From Phoronis australis (Eukaryota; Animalia; Phoronida), in contig NMRA01000265.1 in the NCBI GenBank assembly GCA_002633005.1, forward strand, positions 426,906 through 490,905: a DNA stretch of 64,000 nt, given 5' to 3'. Both the position numbers and the translations under genes were made by a program. The notes below the pieces were generated by a model that saw nothing but the letters and a program-made list of their open reading frames with translations, was not told the origin of the DNA and searched no databases. Shown here one piece after another: positions 49,266-63,612 of the stretch; the stretch's first letter is position 1, and each line of letters opens with the position of its first letter.

Positions 49266-52200
49266 ATAAATACAAGACATGATTGATATGAATTCTACAT
49301 ATTTGTTTATCATTTAAATGAGTATAAATCATAGGCACACTTATAGTTCAGCTTCAACCGCACACGCAAGTCTGTTTCACTACACGTGAACAAGTGACAC
49401 AATTAATAAAAAATACGCCAAAGCAACATATGAAATATGCATTTAACCCCCTTTCATTTACAATCGATTGCAAGAAAACTCACTCGTTTAAGTCAAAGCT
49501 CATGTTAAATTTAAAAGAAAGACATTATCGGCGATGATGAAGCATGAATAAAATAAGCAAAGTTGAGAAGAATTACGAAAATGTTATCTCAAATAGAAAC
49601 TCAGCAGTTGTTCGGACCTTAATCATAAGAATATTCGATTTATGTGAGTGAATGTGTTTCTCTTTCGCTTTTGTTTCAGCAAAAAATCCCCCTGTTGATT
49701 CTGGTGATCTAAGGGAACCGCCTCATTCACGAAAGTTCAGGCAGGATTTTAAAAAGCACAGTATTCTGGTAATAAACTACTAAAATTTGGTGTACCATTT
49801 TTTCTGCACCTAATTTTCTAAAGAGAATAGACATATTTTATTCATGTATGAATTCAACAGGGAATTCCTGACATGTTAATATGTATCGTGATATTATTTC
49901 TTAATGTAAGACTTCATGGTTTAAGAAATAAAAAACACAAATAAGAAAACCAAAGTCACAAAATGAGTGACTTTAGTTTTGAATGTTAAAATTGCATTTC
50001 ATTCTCAATTACGATCTCAAATGAACGTAACGAAATTAGCTCTCATAAACTTGTCTTCACATTTGCCTTGTCATAACAGAAATTTATTTCTACTATTATC
50101 AAGAACTGAAAAGTCATTTGATATTGGCGACTGCCGATTTTTGTCGTAATGGTACACAACGTAATATCAAAGGTTTTATTTAAATCTCATTGGACTTGTC
50201 GACACCCTGGATGACATGCTTTTGAGGAAACCGTTTTGTAATGGATGAATAGGTTTGGAACATCATCTGTGTGTTTGTGAGCTGAATGTGTGGAACGGGA
50301 AACTATTCATTAACAATTAAACTATAGCATTTGTCCATATTATCAAATATTCTCTCTGAAGCTATTTGGCAAGAGTTGTATTCTAAGCTAATAGGCTGTC
50401 GGTCAGACCACTGATCATGCGAGATCGGCTAAGTTTGCTAGAGACTCCGGTGGAAAGTACTATTTACTAAATTCCAGTTGTGTTCAAATTTCTGGATTCT
50501 TTGTCTCCACATGTCACTATCACCTACAGTAATGAATGATTTTTATCCATCTAAAATATCCGACGGTATTTGCCCGGAGTCTTTGCCTTCGCCGCCGACC
50601 GCGGCGTCTTAAGAATTTCCCAGTGGAGATTTCATTTTCAATATTTTCACCATTTTTAGAATATCCCTAATGTATTGCAATTTGAATTAATTATTCTGAT
50701 ATTCCTTGTTCGTTGTTAGGTAAATGTTTACTCAGAGTCAATTGGACGGCCTTGTCTATGCAGTTGTCCCTAAATGAATCTCTCTTGGCTGACAAGTGCG
50801 GATTTTTATGGATTTTTCGGCTACGGATTTCGCCAGGATGACCCACATAGGTACTGGTAGACTCGTTATGATATGCTTTAACACACCTACAGTAATACTC
50901 TTGAAACCACGTGCAAGTTTGAGTCATATTTCTGAAACTGTGCAATCTACACTGCTTGGATCAGTTTTTTGACAGATTTTTGTTTCTTGTCTTACGAATT
51001 GAATTTTCATAAAACAATGTTCTCTCACCTCGAGTACTGTCTTAATTATGAGTTGCAATTAGCAGGAATCTGGTTTCATAACAGATTTGTCTGTTTTTAA
51101 GGTGCGGTTTGAATTTGTCTTTGTCAGGGCTTTTTGACCGAGCACAAGGAATAAGGTACGAAAAAAATACTTTAAGTCCAGCGTTAGATTCCGTAACCAA
51201 ATGTTTATTCTAGAGAAGTTTCTTCCCTACCTCGATTCTTGACTTGGCTCTTTTGCTCCGGCTTGGAGAAGAATCTTCACACAAGTCGTCGGCCATTTCC
51301 TACAATTCAAGAAACAGCTAACAGGGTCATCGCCTCGATTTCAATTAATTTTACAGCGAATTGACAACAAGCCAATGTCGAGAATCGGTGACTTTTAACG
51401 AAATCATAAAAACACAACTGATATTGTTACTTTACAGAACTGATCAATGCGCAGTTTCAAGGAGTGTATCGTGCGCAGCAATAACGCCCAAAATGCGTTA
51501 CCTGTAAAACCGACTGCCTCCCTTTAAGTTACATGTATAAGCATTGCGTATATGGTTGGACGCCTTTAGTAACTATTTTAAAAACATCTTTCAACGTCGT
51601 CACAAATTGACATCATAAAACGTCTTGCAAAAAATTAATAGTTTCTATGCAAATTTGCATGTATAAACCATGAGCCCTGGCTTGTGAAATACCATCAGCT
51701 CACAAGTTAACCTTTAATTCATTGTTTCAGTTTTCTCCGGCTGTTTTGTACAAATGGAACAATGCTTCTCACAACCTTTTAAATATTTAGCGGTTGCATA
51801 TCTAATATAGAAATAAACTTTGTCCTCGATTCATCTTAATGGCATTGCCAGTAGCTAAACTCTTGGGTGCTCTATGTCTAGCGTGTAAATTTTTAATTTT
51901 GCAACAATTTAGAAAACGCCAAGGAGTAATTCTGCGTTAAAAATTTCATGTTGGCATTTCACGATTGTTTGCAACGCTCATAGACAATTCGCCACTAATT
52001 GGTCAAATACTAACGTAGTTTCTGAATGAAATTGATCAGTGCAGGAACTATAATCCAAAAGCGTCTGAAGCAGCAGGAGGTAATGTGTGCTACATTCTAA
52101 TCATTTCAATATCTTTTGTTGGTTTAACTGAGACGGTATTTTACCGATCGTTTTAACAACCCGTTTTTCATGTCTTTATTACCACTACACCTAAGTGCGT

Positions 52201-52954
52201 GAAAATTTTCATTAAATTTTGACGTTCTGCTTGGTGATCGGAGGATGATGAGCGACAATTTTTTGCAGGTGCATAACTCAAGCACGGGGCAGTAGAAAAT
52301 ATAAGTGGACTTAAAATTGTGCCAAGTGTCTTAACTCCTGACTCGAACACGAACTAAAAATTATTTTTGAAAATTTCTGTAAGTTCAACTTCAAGAGACA
52401 GAAATCCTCGTGGGTGCTATTTCGTCCCTCTTTTGCGATGATGGGCTTTTCATTAGAAATCCCCGGTATCAGCGTGTCACGAGCGTTTCGTTCTTAAGAT
52501 GATGAGTGGCGTTTGTTTGTTGATAAATTTAGAGTAGTGCAAGTTAATGCCGATAGTTTCATTATGTTTCTTTTAATGTTAACTGTCAGTCAAGTGCAAG
52601 TGTAACGTTAACTTTGGGACCTGGAGTTCCGTGGTGGCATAAATTTCATGTTGAGTTGTTCCGCAAATAGTAGATTGGTGGATCAGACTGACCGAGCATC
52701 GCTTTCCATAACATTGCCTTGGTTCTTTGACCGGCCAGTCTGATCCGTGAACTTCATTTTCTGCTGGCAATTGGAATCGAAACAATCGTTCATGCTGTTC
52801 AAGCTCTAATATCCATGAGCTCTATGGCCTATGAAACCAACCAATGGGAGCAAAGAACGAGAATATAAACTACATTTGCAGCCAATGGGTGGCGAGGAAC
52901 ACGTGTATCCCACAATTCTTTAACGGCCAAAAGTTGAGATTCAATGGGAATTGA

Positions 52955-53245
52955 GCATAGTTGCTTTCCGCGTTGCTCGAATGGCGATAGATAAAAAAAG
53001 ACGTTCATATGTCTTTTTACAATCTCTAAAGACGTTGAGATTCGGAGGCGTTGGGTTGTTGCCATACGCCGCGACGAAGAGAAAACATTTCCGGGTAAAA
53101 TTGATAAGTGTTTTCGAAAGTTTGATCACATTTTGCCGCATCTCGTTTGCCGAGCATCATAGCACCGACCGGTGAATCTTCGGCCAGCCAGGCTGTGTTT
53201 TCATGACTACGGGTTGAAACATGATGCATTTCTTTCCAAAACAGG
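52955..53245 (+). pseudogene. THAP domain remnant
   Basis: HSCFPRCSN...KDVEIRRRWVVAIRRDE...GLKHDAFLSK, with stops and frameshifts. Confidence 0.75.
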
Positions 53246-54340
53246 ACAGGGCCCTCAATCCCTCGATTTTGGAATCGAATATTTTCCTCTCAAAAATATT
53301 GAAAAATCACACGAAACTGACCTCACGAGGGCTAAACATTCCCCTCAAGTGATAGAAAATTTCCTCTCGAAGTTCAAATCAGTTGTAACCACACGGGTGA
53401 TAATTTGAAAGAGCACAAAATGCAAGTTGAGACAGAGCCTGTGCGAGGTTGCAACAGGGCGGGGATGCTATTGATGGTGATCGGCAGGTAGAATTTTCCC
53501 CTCACTCGACGAAAAGAATTCCCTCTCAGAAGGCACAAGCACCTTTCCCCTCGGGTGAACGAGGTCCCTGAAAGAACATGATAAGTATGTTTGCTATGAC
53601 CAGTTAATTGAATTAAGCTCTAAAACGAGATGGGTTATTTTTCAGGTAATGCTTTGGACGAACGAACTAGATATTTCAATTTTAAAATCCAACTTGGTTT
53701 AGATTGATATTTGAAACCTAACACATGAAATACATGTACGAATTATTAAAACCAAGAAAGCAGAAGTGATGGTCAAATGAGTTTTAGCTTCAATTCCCAG
53801 CCTGGTTTTTATTTCAAGAAAATATAATTTTAATAACATCAAACATTCTTGCAGATTGATGACAATTCAACTGTAGTCTCCTGCCTCACTACAAGGACTT
53901 AGGCTATATGATTGACGCTAATATTCTGGATGAGCAAATTAAACCAGGTGTGACTTGCACATGACAGCAAAATGCGATGAGCCACCACTGTCAAATATAT
54001 CTTCAGCTCGTCAAAAATACGAGCAGATGATCTGGATCGTGTAGAAAACATTTTTATCAACAATTTACAAGAAGAAATGCAACCCGGCATTCAGCATATG
54101 CCCAATCCGTTACACGATCGCCGCAATTTGGTCATATTAACTTTTCATGTTTCGAACCTAGTTTTCCAAAAAACACTTATCCGTCAGGCAACTCTTTGGT
54201 GCATTGACGTGATCTCTAATGTACTTGTCTGCCTCTCTGTGGTTAATTATTGACACATTTTTAAGATTAGCATGCATATCGAGGTTGGACTCGAAAGACC
54301 AGCCATTTAAATCACCCAATGTCAACTTCCGCTTTGTTCA

Positions 54341-56553
54341 GGTGGCACTGAACAGTTAGGCTGCGGCCACGGCCAATTTGCCCTACCCCAAAATATCAAC
54401 ATTTTGGGGTATTGCAAGTTTGGGGGCATTTTGTAGGTGGGCATTGCATGTAGGCTCAGTGAATATGATTTGTTTGCATTTGTGAACATGCTGAGAACAA
54501 AAAGGCCTTTTTGTACTCTTGGCTCGATTTTCGCTTGGCATGGTAGCACTTTTTGGAGTCCACATTTCTCAGCATTATGTTCATGGCACTGTTTTAAGGC
54601 ACGGTTAGTACTGTTGCCTCTGCCAGCTTCACCGTGAATTTCCCCTTGTCCCAGGGTTCTGGAATGAACGGCTGAATGACACAGTCCCGTGAAGTTTCGT
54701 GTGTATCTTGATGTTTTTGGCGCTTATGCATAAACTGCTGCATTCAAACTTTCACTGATGTTTGTGTTGAACAGATATTGTACATCTCTTAGCTGTTCCT
54801 GGTCGAAGTAGGAATTGATTTTTATTTGAATCGTTTTCATGTCCTTTTCACTCAGTTCTAGATACCGGTCATAAGGCAAATGGCTTGTTTTGTAGTTGCT
54901 GTTGTGTGCAATGCACACAGACGACAGCTCGCGTCATTGCTGGTTCTGTCCCAAAAACAGCGAGTAACATTGTGCACCGTAGCAGACTCAACTTTTAAAA
55001 AATCATCTCTTTCGATTTTTCTTTTTTTTTTAGGTTGATGAGCTCTTTTCGCACTCTGGCTCGTACAGCAGATGAAAGTTTCCTCTTGTAACAAGTCTTG
55101 TTATGTGACCTGGGCAAACGTTTCAAGTCCGGCTTCATTACTTTCCATTCGACTCAGTCTGTGAATGAAGCATTTGTAGTGTTTAGGTTAGGTGTCACGG
55201 ATTTTTCTTTCTTTTTCAGTACTTGGCCTGAACTTGTACGATATCTCAGCAGCATCACTGTCAATTAGGTAAGTGACATCCTGAGCTTCCAAATGTGTGA
55301 GACGCACAGCCCTGCAACCGTCTATTGCTGCCTCGGACTGCCTTGGTATGCTGGAGCTGCAGTGGTCCATGTTGGAGGGTCTGTGTCCTTTTTAATTTGA
55401 CTTTTTCTTCTCCCTCTGCTCCTTGTGAAACTGCATGTCTTTTCAGGATACATTGTGAAAGCTCACCACTCAGCATTAATGTTGTGAATGAAACTTGGCT
55501 GCCAAATTTCTTGTTCTCAAGACTTTTGTGGTTAGGCAAATCGACTGTAATAAATATGTCCCTAATGCACAATGGGCCTTGGAGAGAATATGTTCCACCT
55601 GCGGGGTCAGGAAATTAACTTGAATTAAAATTTTATTGTTATTTTCATATGCTAATTTATCAATTTTCCCCAATTCTCTCAATCAAAAGTCAGTTTAGTG
55701 CAAAACAGGGCAAGAAATTACACTTGGCGTCTTTGTCTGTTAAATGGCCCTAGTTCAAAAATCTCAGTTCTTGCGTGGGCCCATGCAATCGGCTTGAAAA
55801 ATCAAAACCGGTCACCGCTTCAAGTTTTTACTTTGAAAAATAGGTCAGCAGGCGGAGAGGAACTATTCTGAACAAAATGTGGTTTTATTTAAGGTGGCAC
55901 TGAAAAGTTAGGCGGCAGCCGCGGCCAATTTGCACTCCCAAATATCAAAATTTTGGGGTAGGCCAAGTTTGGGGCATTTTGTAGGTGGGCAATGCATGTA
56001 AGCTCAGCGAATATGATTTTTTTGTATTTATGAACATGCTGAGAATAAAAAAGGTCACTTTCTCGGCTGTAGCTGCACTCTTCTTCAAGATGGCGGCCCA
56101 GTTGCAATTGTACATTGCTGGTAAGCGACTGGCTGAGAAATTGGCTTCGATTTTAGGTAGCCCTCAAACAAGCCAGAATTGACAAAAAAAAAACTAGTCA
56201 GTTGACAGTACTTTTGGACCACATTTTCGGAATCGGAAGGAAATTTGCTTTTAGAATCCAGTGTCGACATAGTCGTGTATCGGCAGGGAAGTGGTGTTTT
56301 GGGGGTGAAAAGTGTCGATTTTGCATTTTTTGCCCCTATTTTTCTTACTTTAGCTTTGTATTCAGTGGCAGTGAAAAGGTCAAAAATACAAGAGAGTATA
56401 AAGTTTCTGGGCTCATCTGCTGTGTTTTTTTGTGAAATAACTGAAAACATGTCATTATTCGCATCCTGGTTTCGACAGAGTGAAGAAAAGGTGACAAATC
56501 AAGTGATGTGTGTTTTGCTGGGCAAAACGCAGTGAGAACTATTCTGTGCCTCC
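54341..56553 (-). mobile_element. KolobokP-like DNA transposon with long terminal direct repeats, internally deleted
   Basis: TCA|ggtggcactgaa ... ttctgtgcctcc|TCA. 54341-~54540 is a direct repeat of the start of the 661-bp unit 55893-56553, and a transposase remnant lies between them. Confidence 0.75.
54600..55598 (-). pseudogene. DDE transposase remnant with CxxH motif (Kolobok/Mutator-like)
   Basis: After a cgcag acceptor (55599-55600): ...YLIDSDA..., KHYKCFIHR..., NTNISESLNAAVYA*APK...RNFTGLCHSAVH. Contains stops and frameshifts. Confidence 0.7.
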
Positions 56554-57280
56554 TCATCGCAGTGAGCCTCGCTTTGGTTTTTAATGTCCGCCCCGTGATT
56601 TGGAAGTGCAATAGCGATTCGGGATGAGCGTTGGGGTTCGTTTCCGGTTGATGACTTCATTAAAGAATTGCCTACGCAACTATTTCTGAAAATTATTTGA
56701 AATTTAAAGATGAAAGGTATCTGGGAAAATAACAATATCTTCTAATTACTCAGATTTATTGTATTATTTCTAGGCAGTGATTCAGTTGGGCGTTTAAACT
56801 AGATTATTTTAATCAGGCAAAGTGAAGGGATACGTGAATTGAGTGAAGATGTGTTATGGATATATTTCCGAAAGACATTTGAGCAACTATGATTATCAAA
56901 AAATACAACTCAAAAATGTTAATGTTTGGTGGTAATTCACTATTCTGAAATTTTGGCGATCACAACATGTCCTTTGTAAACATACCACTTGCGGGTTGTA
57001 TGAAGATCACGCGTGTAAACGCGAGAGCAGATAAGACGGTCCGGAGACAGGGAAGAGCAAGTAGGGAGAATTGATAGTTCACTACGTGTCCCATTATATG
57101 AGGGTGTCAATAGCTGCAACTTATAAATTTCACGCTTTACGTACTCGCAACGTAAAGTTTCGTTAGTAATGAACATTTATGAGATTAATTGTGTCATTTG
57201 AGTGGCATTAACTCACTATGTTCTGCAAAATGTCGGTGGAAACATTATTGCAACAGCGACCGGGACGACACGGGGTGTAA

Positions 57281-57359
57281 CATAGGCGGCGTAGCAATGA
57301 AAAAAGTGGGGGGGGGGTACTAAAGCCCCCCCCCAGAGCCCTATGGTGCACCGCCCATG
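57281..57359. mobile_element. CA...TG mini-MITE, copy of 8817-8885
   Basis: cataggcggcgta...ggtgcaccgcccatg with flanks tgtaa/tctaa. Confidence 0.65.
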
Positions 57360-57369
57360 TCTAACCTCA

Positions 57370-58632
57370 ACACACAGTGTAGCCAGTCTGCTAGCTCTGT
57401 GAAGGCCATCGTCAAAAGACAGCTTGATACCACCGTGTGTTTAGCCAGCAGGTTAGCTGTATGAAGACTATCGTCAAAATAAAGCTAGGAAGTACTATGT
57501 GTTAAAGCCTAATTTCAACGGAATTTTGTTATTTTAGACGTATTGAGCTAACCAGATAGTCCTAACAAAGCCATAGTAAACTAAAAAAACGCGAGTTCAA
57601 TCACGCAAATGTAAGCCCGTAAAATGAATGATAAGTGAAGCTGCCTTTTCGCGCCATGTTGCGTCACCGCGAGATCCCAGCACAAACAACAAAAGGTTGT
57701 ATTGAATAGGGGTCTGAATAGAACACCATTGCGTGTGGATGTTATTCGCAGCTGCTTGAATTAAAAGGTGATTCTCCTGGTGACCGTGTAGACAAATGCA
57801 GGCCAATAGAATTCGTTACTTTTGACAATTTATAGCAATCCTGGGCTCAGAGGGATGCTCTTAACATACTGTAGGAACCAAATTTTCAGGTGATACCGCT
57901 GAAGATAGGCTTTAAGCTCCGTTAGACTCCGAGTTTCACACAGCCCGAGTAGTTCTGCTCGTCACCTCGTCGTGAAACCTCTATTTACTTGTAGAACTAA
58001 CGACCGGCGGGGGTGCATGAAAGTCAACCGATAATAACCTCTGCCATTGCAGTCGTTTAAGTGGAAAACATTCTAATTAACGTCATTTTCTTGCATGATT
58101 CTTCGCCTTTTGTTACAAAGAAAAGTCTGTCGGGGTTTTGAAAATAGTACACTCGTGACACGTGCGTTCGCAATATCCTAAAAATTTCCGATCTCACTCG
58201 GAAATTTGTTCTAAAATTCAGTTTGGTGGTAGTAAAATACCAAAACTTTGTAAATAAATGAAATCAGTTCCGGTAATATGTTATGACCTGTGCGCAACCT
58301 CGTGCCGGGAAGAGGACAGTTGATTGACGAATCAGCTAAAAAATGTCCCATAGGCGACACAATATTTCATGGCGCCGAAAGCCAAAGAAAAATATTGCAT
58401 CACAATTTTAGCAGTAGAATAACGGTAGAACGCCAATTTTCCAACACAGGCAAATAATTTAGGAAGTGTGCAGTTTTTAATGACAATAAATTTGTGTCAG
58501 ACTTTATTTGGTCAGTTGTTTACCTACATCGGCGCATTGCTGTATTTTTAGTGTAAAGTTTTCCACCAAGGGTACACACAGTGGTACCTAGCTGTGTTTT
58601 GACAGTCTTCATACAACTAGCTGGCTAGCTAT
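57370..58632. repeat. Inverted pair of a short repeat, possibly element ends
   Basis: agccag..gctg.tgaag.c.atcgtcaaaa occurs twice at 57380-57480, as reverse complement at 58575-58630, and again at ~22465-22515. Confidence 0.5.
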
Positions 58633-60269
58633 CATTTTCTATGATTCCACGATCTAATGACGACCGACGAAAATGTGGCACAGTCGCCAACGCAAAACTT
58701 TCTATTGACACTTAAAATAATGAAATATCCAGCGCGAGACGAATGAGGCAAACATGGCGGGCTCTTACCCCCACGCGTGACGTCATAGCTGTTTACGACA
58801 ACCGCGAATAAATCCGTAATTTTATATCCGCATCTCTTGACATTTAAAGGATTTTGATGTCATTTAATTTGTTTCAAACACGTAGTCCAAGAGAGTCTGA
58901 ATTTCAGATACTCCGCGTCATTTCCTTGTCCTGTCACAGATTAGTTTTCATTTAGTTTACATCACCAATTACTGTACTGTATTACACAGACGCTGTCTTT
59001 TTTACCTCAACGGACACAATCTTGGATTTTGATGGTTCATATATCCGTCCTTTGAAGGTATATCACAAGACTATTTTATCTTACTTGTAAGCCAATATAC
59101 TTTTGAGGGTTCATAATGAATAGTTACTTGAATAAAGGTGAATGATATTCATACCTGACACTCGTCATCCGATTAAGCTAAATAATTCTCTAGAGCATTT
59201 CCGCCTACAGGCAACAACTCGAAAGTAAGGATTTTTCCAGGGGTAAGACCAAGGGCTAACATAAGGGTGCTTGAATTTCCTCCATGACAGCGATGTGAAA
59301 GGGACCGGGCGGAAAGGAATTTTGCGAACACTAGTTACCCCTCTTTCGGATCTGCACCTGGTTACGTCACATTCTTTACTTGCACGTCATCAGTGGCAAA
59401 CAAACCTATTTGTATCAGTCTCCAGCTAGCCAATCAGCATTCTTCACGATGCGACACACCACGCATGTACACGTATGAATTTAATGGAGAGAAGGACCGT
59501 CAAGAATTATTAAAGAGCTTGTCGTACGTATTATTGCATGAGGAATCTGCCATGATGAAATTGAAAGCATGTGCTCAGTGCGTCAACACTTTCCATAAAC
59601 TTGAACACAAAAGGAAAGCGAAATTGTGCCATTTACTGACATTCATTTCTTTAAGGAACTTTTCTTTTAATGTTATTTGGTGTGTTTTCCTGAAATGAAA
59701 CACACAATAAAAATAATAAGCTGCAGGTGGTCTCGTACGCGTTGTACGACACACATGTGACGTAGTTTTAGTTCTTAAACGATCAGCGTTCTTCTCTTAA
59801 TCAACGAGTGCTTTAGACAGTGCCACCGTCTCGACTGCTCCCAATAGAGAAAGAAGCTTTTCAACGAATTATGCCTCACACTGATTAAAACAAATCACTT
59901 TACTATAAGTACCTCTTGCCCATAGAGGGACACCTTAGAAGGCCGGCGATGTCTTTAATGCCTTTCAACTCGAACAAAGTTCCGAACTTGTTTTCGAGCA
60001 GTCCTTCTCTCAGTTGCCCAAATCAACAACTGGCCATTTTTAGCACTGCGCGCGATCCTGGCACGCCGAGTAAAAATAGGGCGTGATTAGACTATACGAA
60101 CTGATTAAAAGTACGCATAGATTAACTTAAAGTACGCGTAGATTAAACAAAAGCGTGTGTTGAATAAGAGTAGAACGGTCATCGTATAAGAACTAAAAGC
60201 ACGCGTAGATTAAGCAGAGGTACGCGTACATTCCTACGCACAGAACTCGGTAAAGAACCCTTTGGCGCT

Positions 60270-60468
60270 TCATATACACGAGCTGAATGCTCAGGTGAGC
60301 CCATGGCCCTGATCATCAGAATACATTTTAAGGCTTTGTTAATATACCGAGCTGAGGAGCTACACGCCTGAATCAAGGGTCTAGCAGTGTTCCTCAGTGG
60401 TACTCGAAGCCACGGTCTCGATCGAGCAAAGGAAGCGGTCCCTTATCCCACTGGGCCGCACTGCTTCC
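60270..60468 (-). mobile_element. tRNA-derived SINE copy
   Basis: The reverse complement begins ggaagcagtgcggcccagtgg (A box) ... ggcttcgagtacc (B-box-like), followed by the body shared with 6637-6830. Confidence 0.7.
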
Positions 60469-63400
60469 TCAAATGAAACGCACAGGCATTTAAGTTGATT
60501 TTCCCAACCAGTACAGGCAATCAAATAGTACTGGAAACCTGTCGCTCCAGCAACACAACAATTTTGACCTTATAAAATTTTCATCGAAAGAGTCAATTTG
60601 TAAGTTAATGGTTATGACCGAACGATGTTGCAAGGAGTCCATAATGTGAATTACCACTGTAGCCGGGGTTTATTAGTTGCATTCTGTTTCTAATTGAATA
60701 TAAATTGCAACTAATCATGCTTCATGGACATGGCTACTCACAGTGAGCGAGTTTTTTTAAAGTCACAGACCTAGGATTAGACAGCCGTCCATGAAAACTG
60801 ATGGCTGTGTCGAAGAAAATCTCTGTGGCTCCCACGAAAATAAATAACTTCGACAAAACGTGGTACCTGGGAACGAAAGTACAGTTGTTGAGCTAGGACC
60901 CAGTGTATTTGTTGGGGCATAGTGTTGAGAAAATAATTCTCTTTGTGAGAAAAGCCACTGTTAGTTTTCACAGCTCTGTTTTTCTTGTGAGAACAAACTG
61001 GACAATGAAGCATTGGGTGGTAGGGAGATTACCCTCATAAATGAGTCATAGTTTTGTTGCTTTTATATAACGTGCGAGACGTGTGGGTTTCTCACAGTAA
61101 TTAAAAAAATATAATCTGTCGAGTGTGTTAATAGCCATATCGCAAACTATCACAAAGCTGCTCTGATTCTGAGGTATTTCCCACAATGATGCGCATCCGG
61201 ATGACATTTTTCGCACCATTGTTCACAACTTCAGTGTTTATCACTCCTTTCCTAAAAAAACTAGCTGAAGACTTAGAGTTCGGAACCTGGGCATATTTGT
61301 TTCTGGCGTCTTAATTTACACAGATTACACAGAAGTCTGAATTCTTGTTTTGCTTTGAGAATGCTCTCTTAAAATTTCCGAAAGGGGACGTTCTCCCAAC
61401 ATATCTGAAAACACACATCAACAGTTGACCATAGCTTAATGTCTATTCTACAATTGCTGTTCCATACTTGACGTTAATACGGTTTAAAATATGTGCAAAC
61501 TTCTGATGTTTTGATGCAACCTATTGATCATTATCTCGCCATTTCGACGAATTGCCAATGGCTACATTCTCTTTTGTATGTAGTTTCAGTTTACCACTGA
61601 TTAAAACCATTGGGTCTGTAACAACCTGTACAAATGCCACAGTTCGCGAACATCAAAACGGTAAGGAACATGAACAAATTTCGTTCGCGTTCCTGAACCT
61701 GTCGGAAAAGAAAGATAACGCCGTTGACGTGATCTCCGACCGTCGAATCTGCACTACGCAGCCGTTGCTATCTCTGATGTTTCACGTCTTCGTGAAGGTA
61801 AAACGCACATAATTGTGGGAAGTCTACATGCTTCTGGACATTTGCCTTTGTTAACCTAGGCATGCGCAGAACGGCCTCCCGTGACTTGACTTCCGCGCTG
61901 ATCAAGTTTCCGATAATGTCGTGTAAAAAGCACTGACATTGGTCAACTCTACTGTGACAGCTCGTTCAGTGTCCAGAGTTTGACATGTAAACTCGACTTT
62001 AATGTTGAAGCGACTTAAGCTGCGACATTCATTGCTGCTAGAGCGCGAGTATATAGTTTTTGAAAAAATCGTTTTTTGTTTCAGATAGAAGATGGTTTAC
62101 ATCGCAAAGTTTACACTGCAGGTTACCATTGTACTAGTAACCATTTCTGCATGTTTGTCGCACATAAACTACGTATTGCCGCCCACTTCTTCACGGGATG
62201 ACCAAGGTTTTCGAGACGCAGACGAGTAAGTTCGATAGAATCGTCAGTGTTGGTGAACATCACACATATTTCACAAAATAATCTTTTGACTGTTCATTAT
62301 CAACACAAGCAGTGGACTTTTGTTTGATTGATAAGGAATGGAAAAACGAATTTTGATGAAATTAGAGTGACGCTCATAAAACTTGGCAGCTATTTTTATC
62401 GATAATTATAAAGATTAATGGTGACTCCCGGACTGTTACGATTTTATACGTAATATTGAGACTGGCATTAAAAACAGGTGAATCTCCAAATTTGTGATGA
62501 TGTACAATCGCAATTGTGTGCGAGTTCATCAACATTATTTAGCAGTCGATTACAAGAACAACAGCAAATCCAAGGACACATTTACTCTTCATAAAAACAC
62601 GAAGTGCGTTCTACAGACTCAAGACACTTACAAGTAAAGCTAGTATGATCTCGTGCTTCGCTTCTAACATATGGCGATATCTCGCGGAGTCGTGCGTGAT
62701 TATGTGCTTTTGCTTGTTTCTTGTATCTGCGCAAAGAAATCTAGCCCTGGAATGCCAACTCTCGCACGTGACCTATGTATTCTATGATTAGAGCAAAGGT
62801 GTTAACAAAACTAATTTCATGAGTTGCCGGTTGTGTCATGGACCGTGGCGACACCTAGCGGGTGTGTGTGGTCCGACGAAGTACGCGACGCGTCCACTAC
62901 CATGGCCGAATTCATATTGTGGATGCAGAAAAAATGCTGCAGTAGTGTCCAAATTATTATCCCATAAGTGAGCTTAAACTGCGTGTATGCACACTTTAGA
63001 GAAAATAACCAGTGCTGGTCAATGATTTGTAAACAAGAGCAACACAATGCTCCCACTACTGCACTTTCTGCAATATGCTTTTAGTGGTGTTCATCACTAT
63101 CATATAATATAGTGTATTGACCAACTACAGCCAGGATGTTGACATTATGAGACCACAAGAAGTAATTTAAATAAGTAATAGTAAATAAATAATAAGCAAT
63201 AAATAATTAAGTATAGATAAAATAAATATCTGATAATATCACACTAATTAATCTTTTAGATCTGAATGTATTAAGACTTAAGTGAACTGCAGAAAGAAAT
63301 GAAAGAAAGTAGTTAGAAGCCTCAATACGCATCGAATACACTAATCAGTAGTTCCAAAATCATGCAAATCATTTACCATAATTTTCTATAACATTACGTG

Positions 63401-63519
63401 CGATAAAATGCAGGTAACAGTAAAGACATGAAGTCCAAATCACCCAGTTCACCTTACTGGTTGACAGACAACAGTTTTATACAAAAACATCCTTTGTTTC
63501 AATGGTGAACGTCATCTAC

Positions 63520-63612
63520 CTTAATCTTTGGGGAAGCAAAAGTGTAAAAGTCACGAATTTTCAAACAACTGTTACTGCAGCCGTAGACAGTGCAAAAAGC
63601 ACCGTTGCAATT
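63520..63612 (-). pseudogene. THAP domain first-exon remnant
   Basis: GAFCTVYGCSN..., then after a frameshift HFCFPKD, followed by an aag|gtagat donor-like site. Confidence 0.55.

Larger units (their letters stand above)
52940..56600 (+). mobile_element. ISL2EU-like element copy 2, split by the 54341-56553 insertion
   Basis: 52950-53220 matches rc of 15476-15740, 53745-54340 matches rc of 14490-15063, and 56554-56600 matches rc of 14443-14487. Confidence 0.8.

Noticed and set aside
59393-59698. ORF with a CxxC (zinc-associated-domain-like)
   Set aside because: Only one Cys pair, a GTG start and no further motifs.
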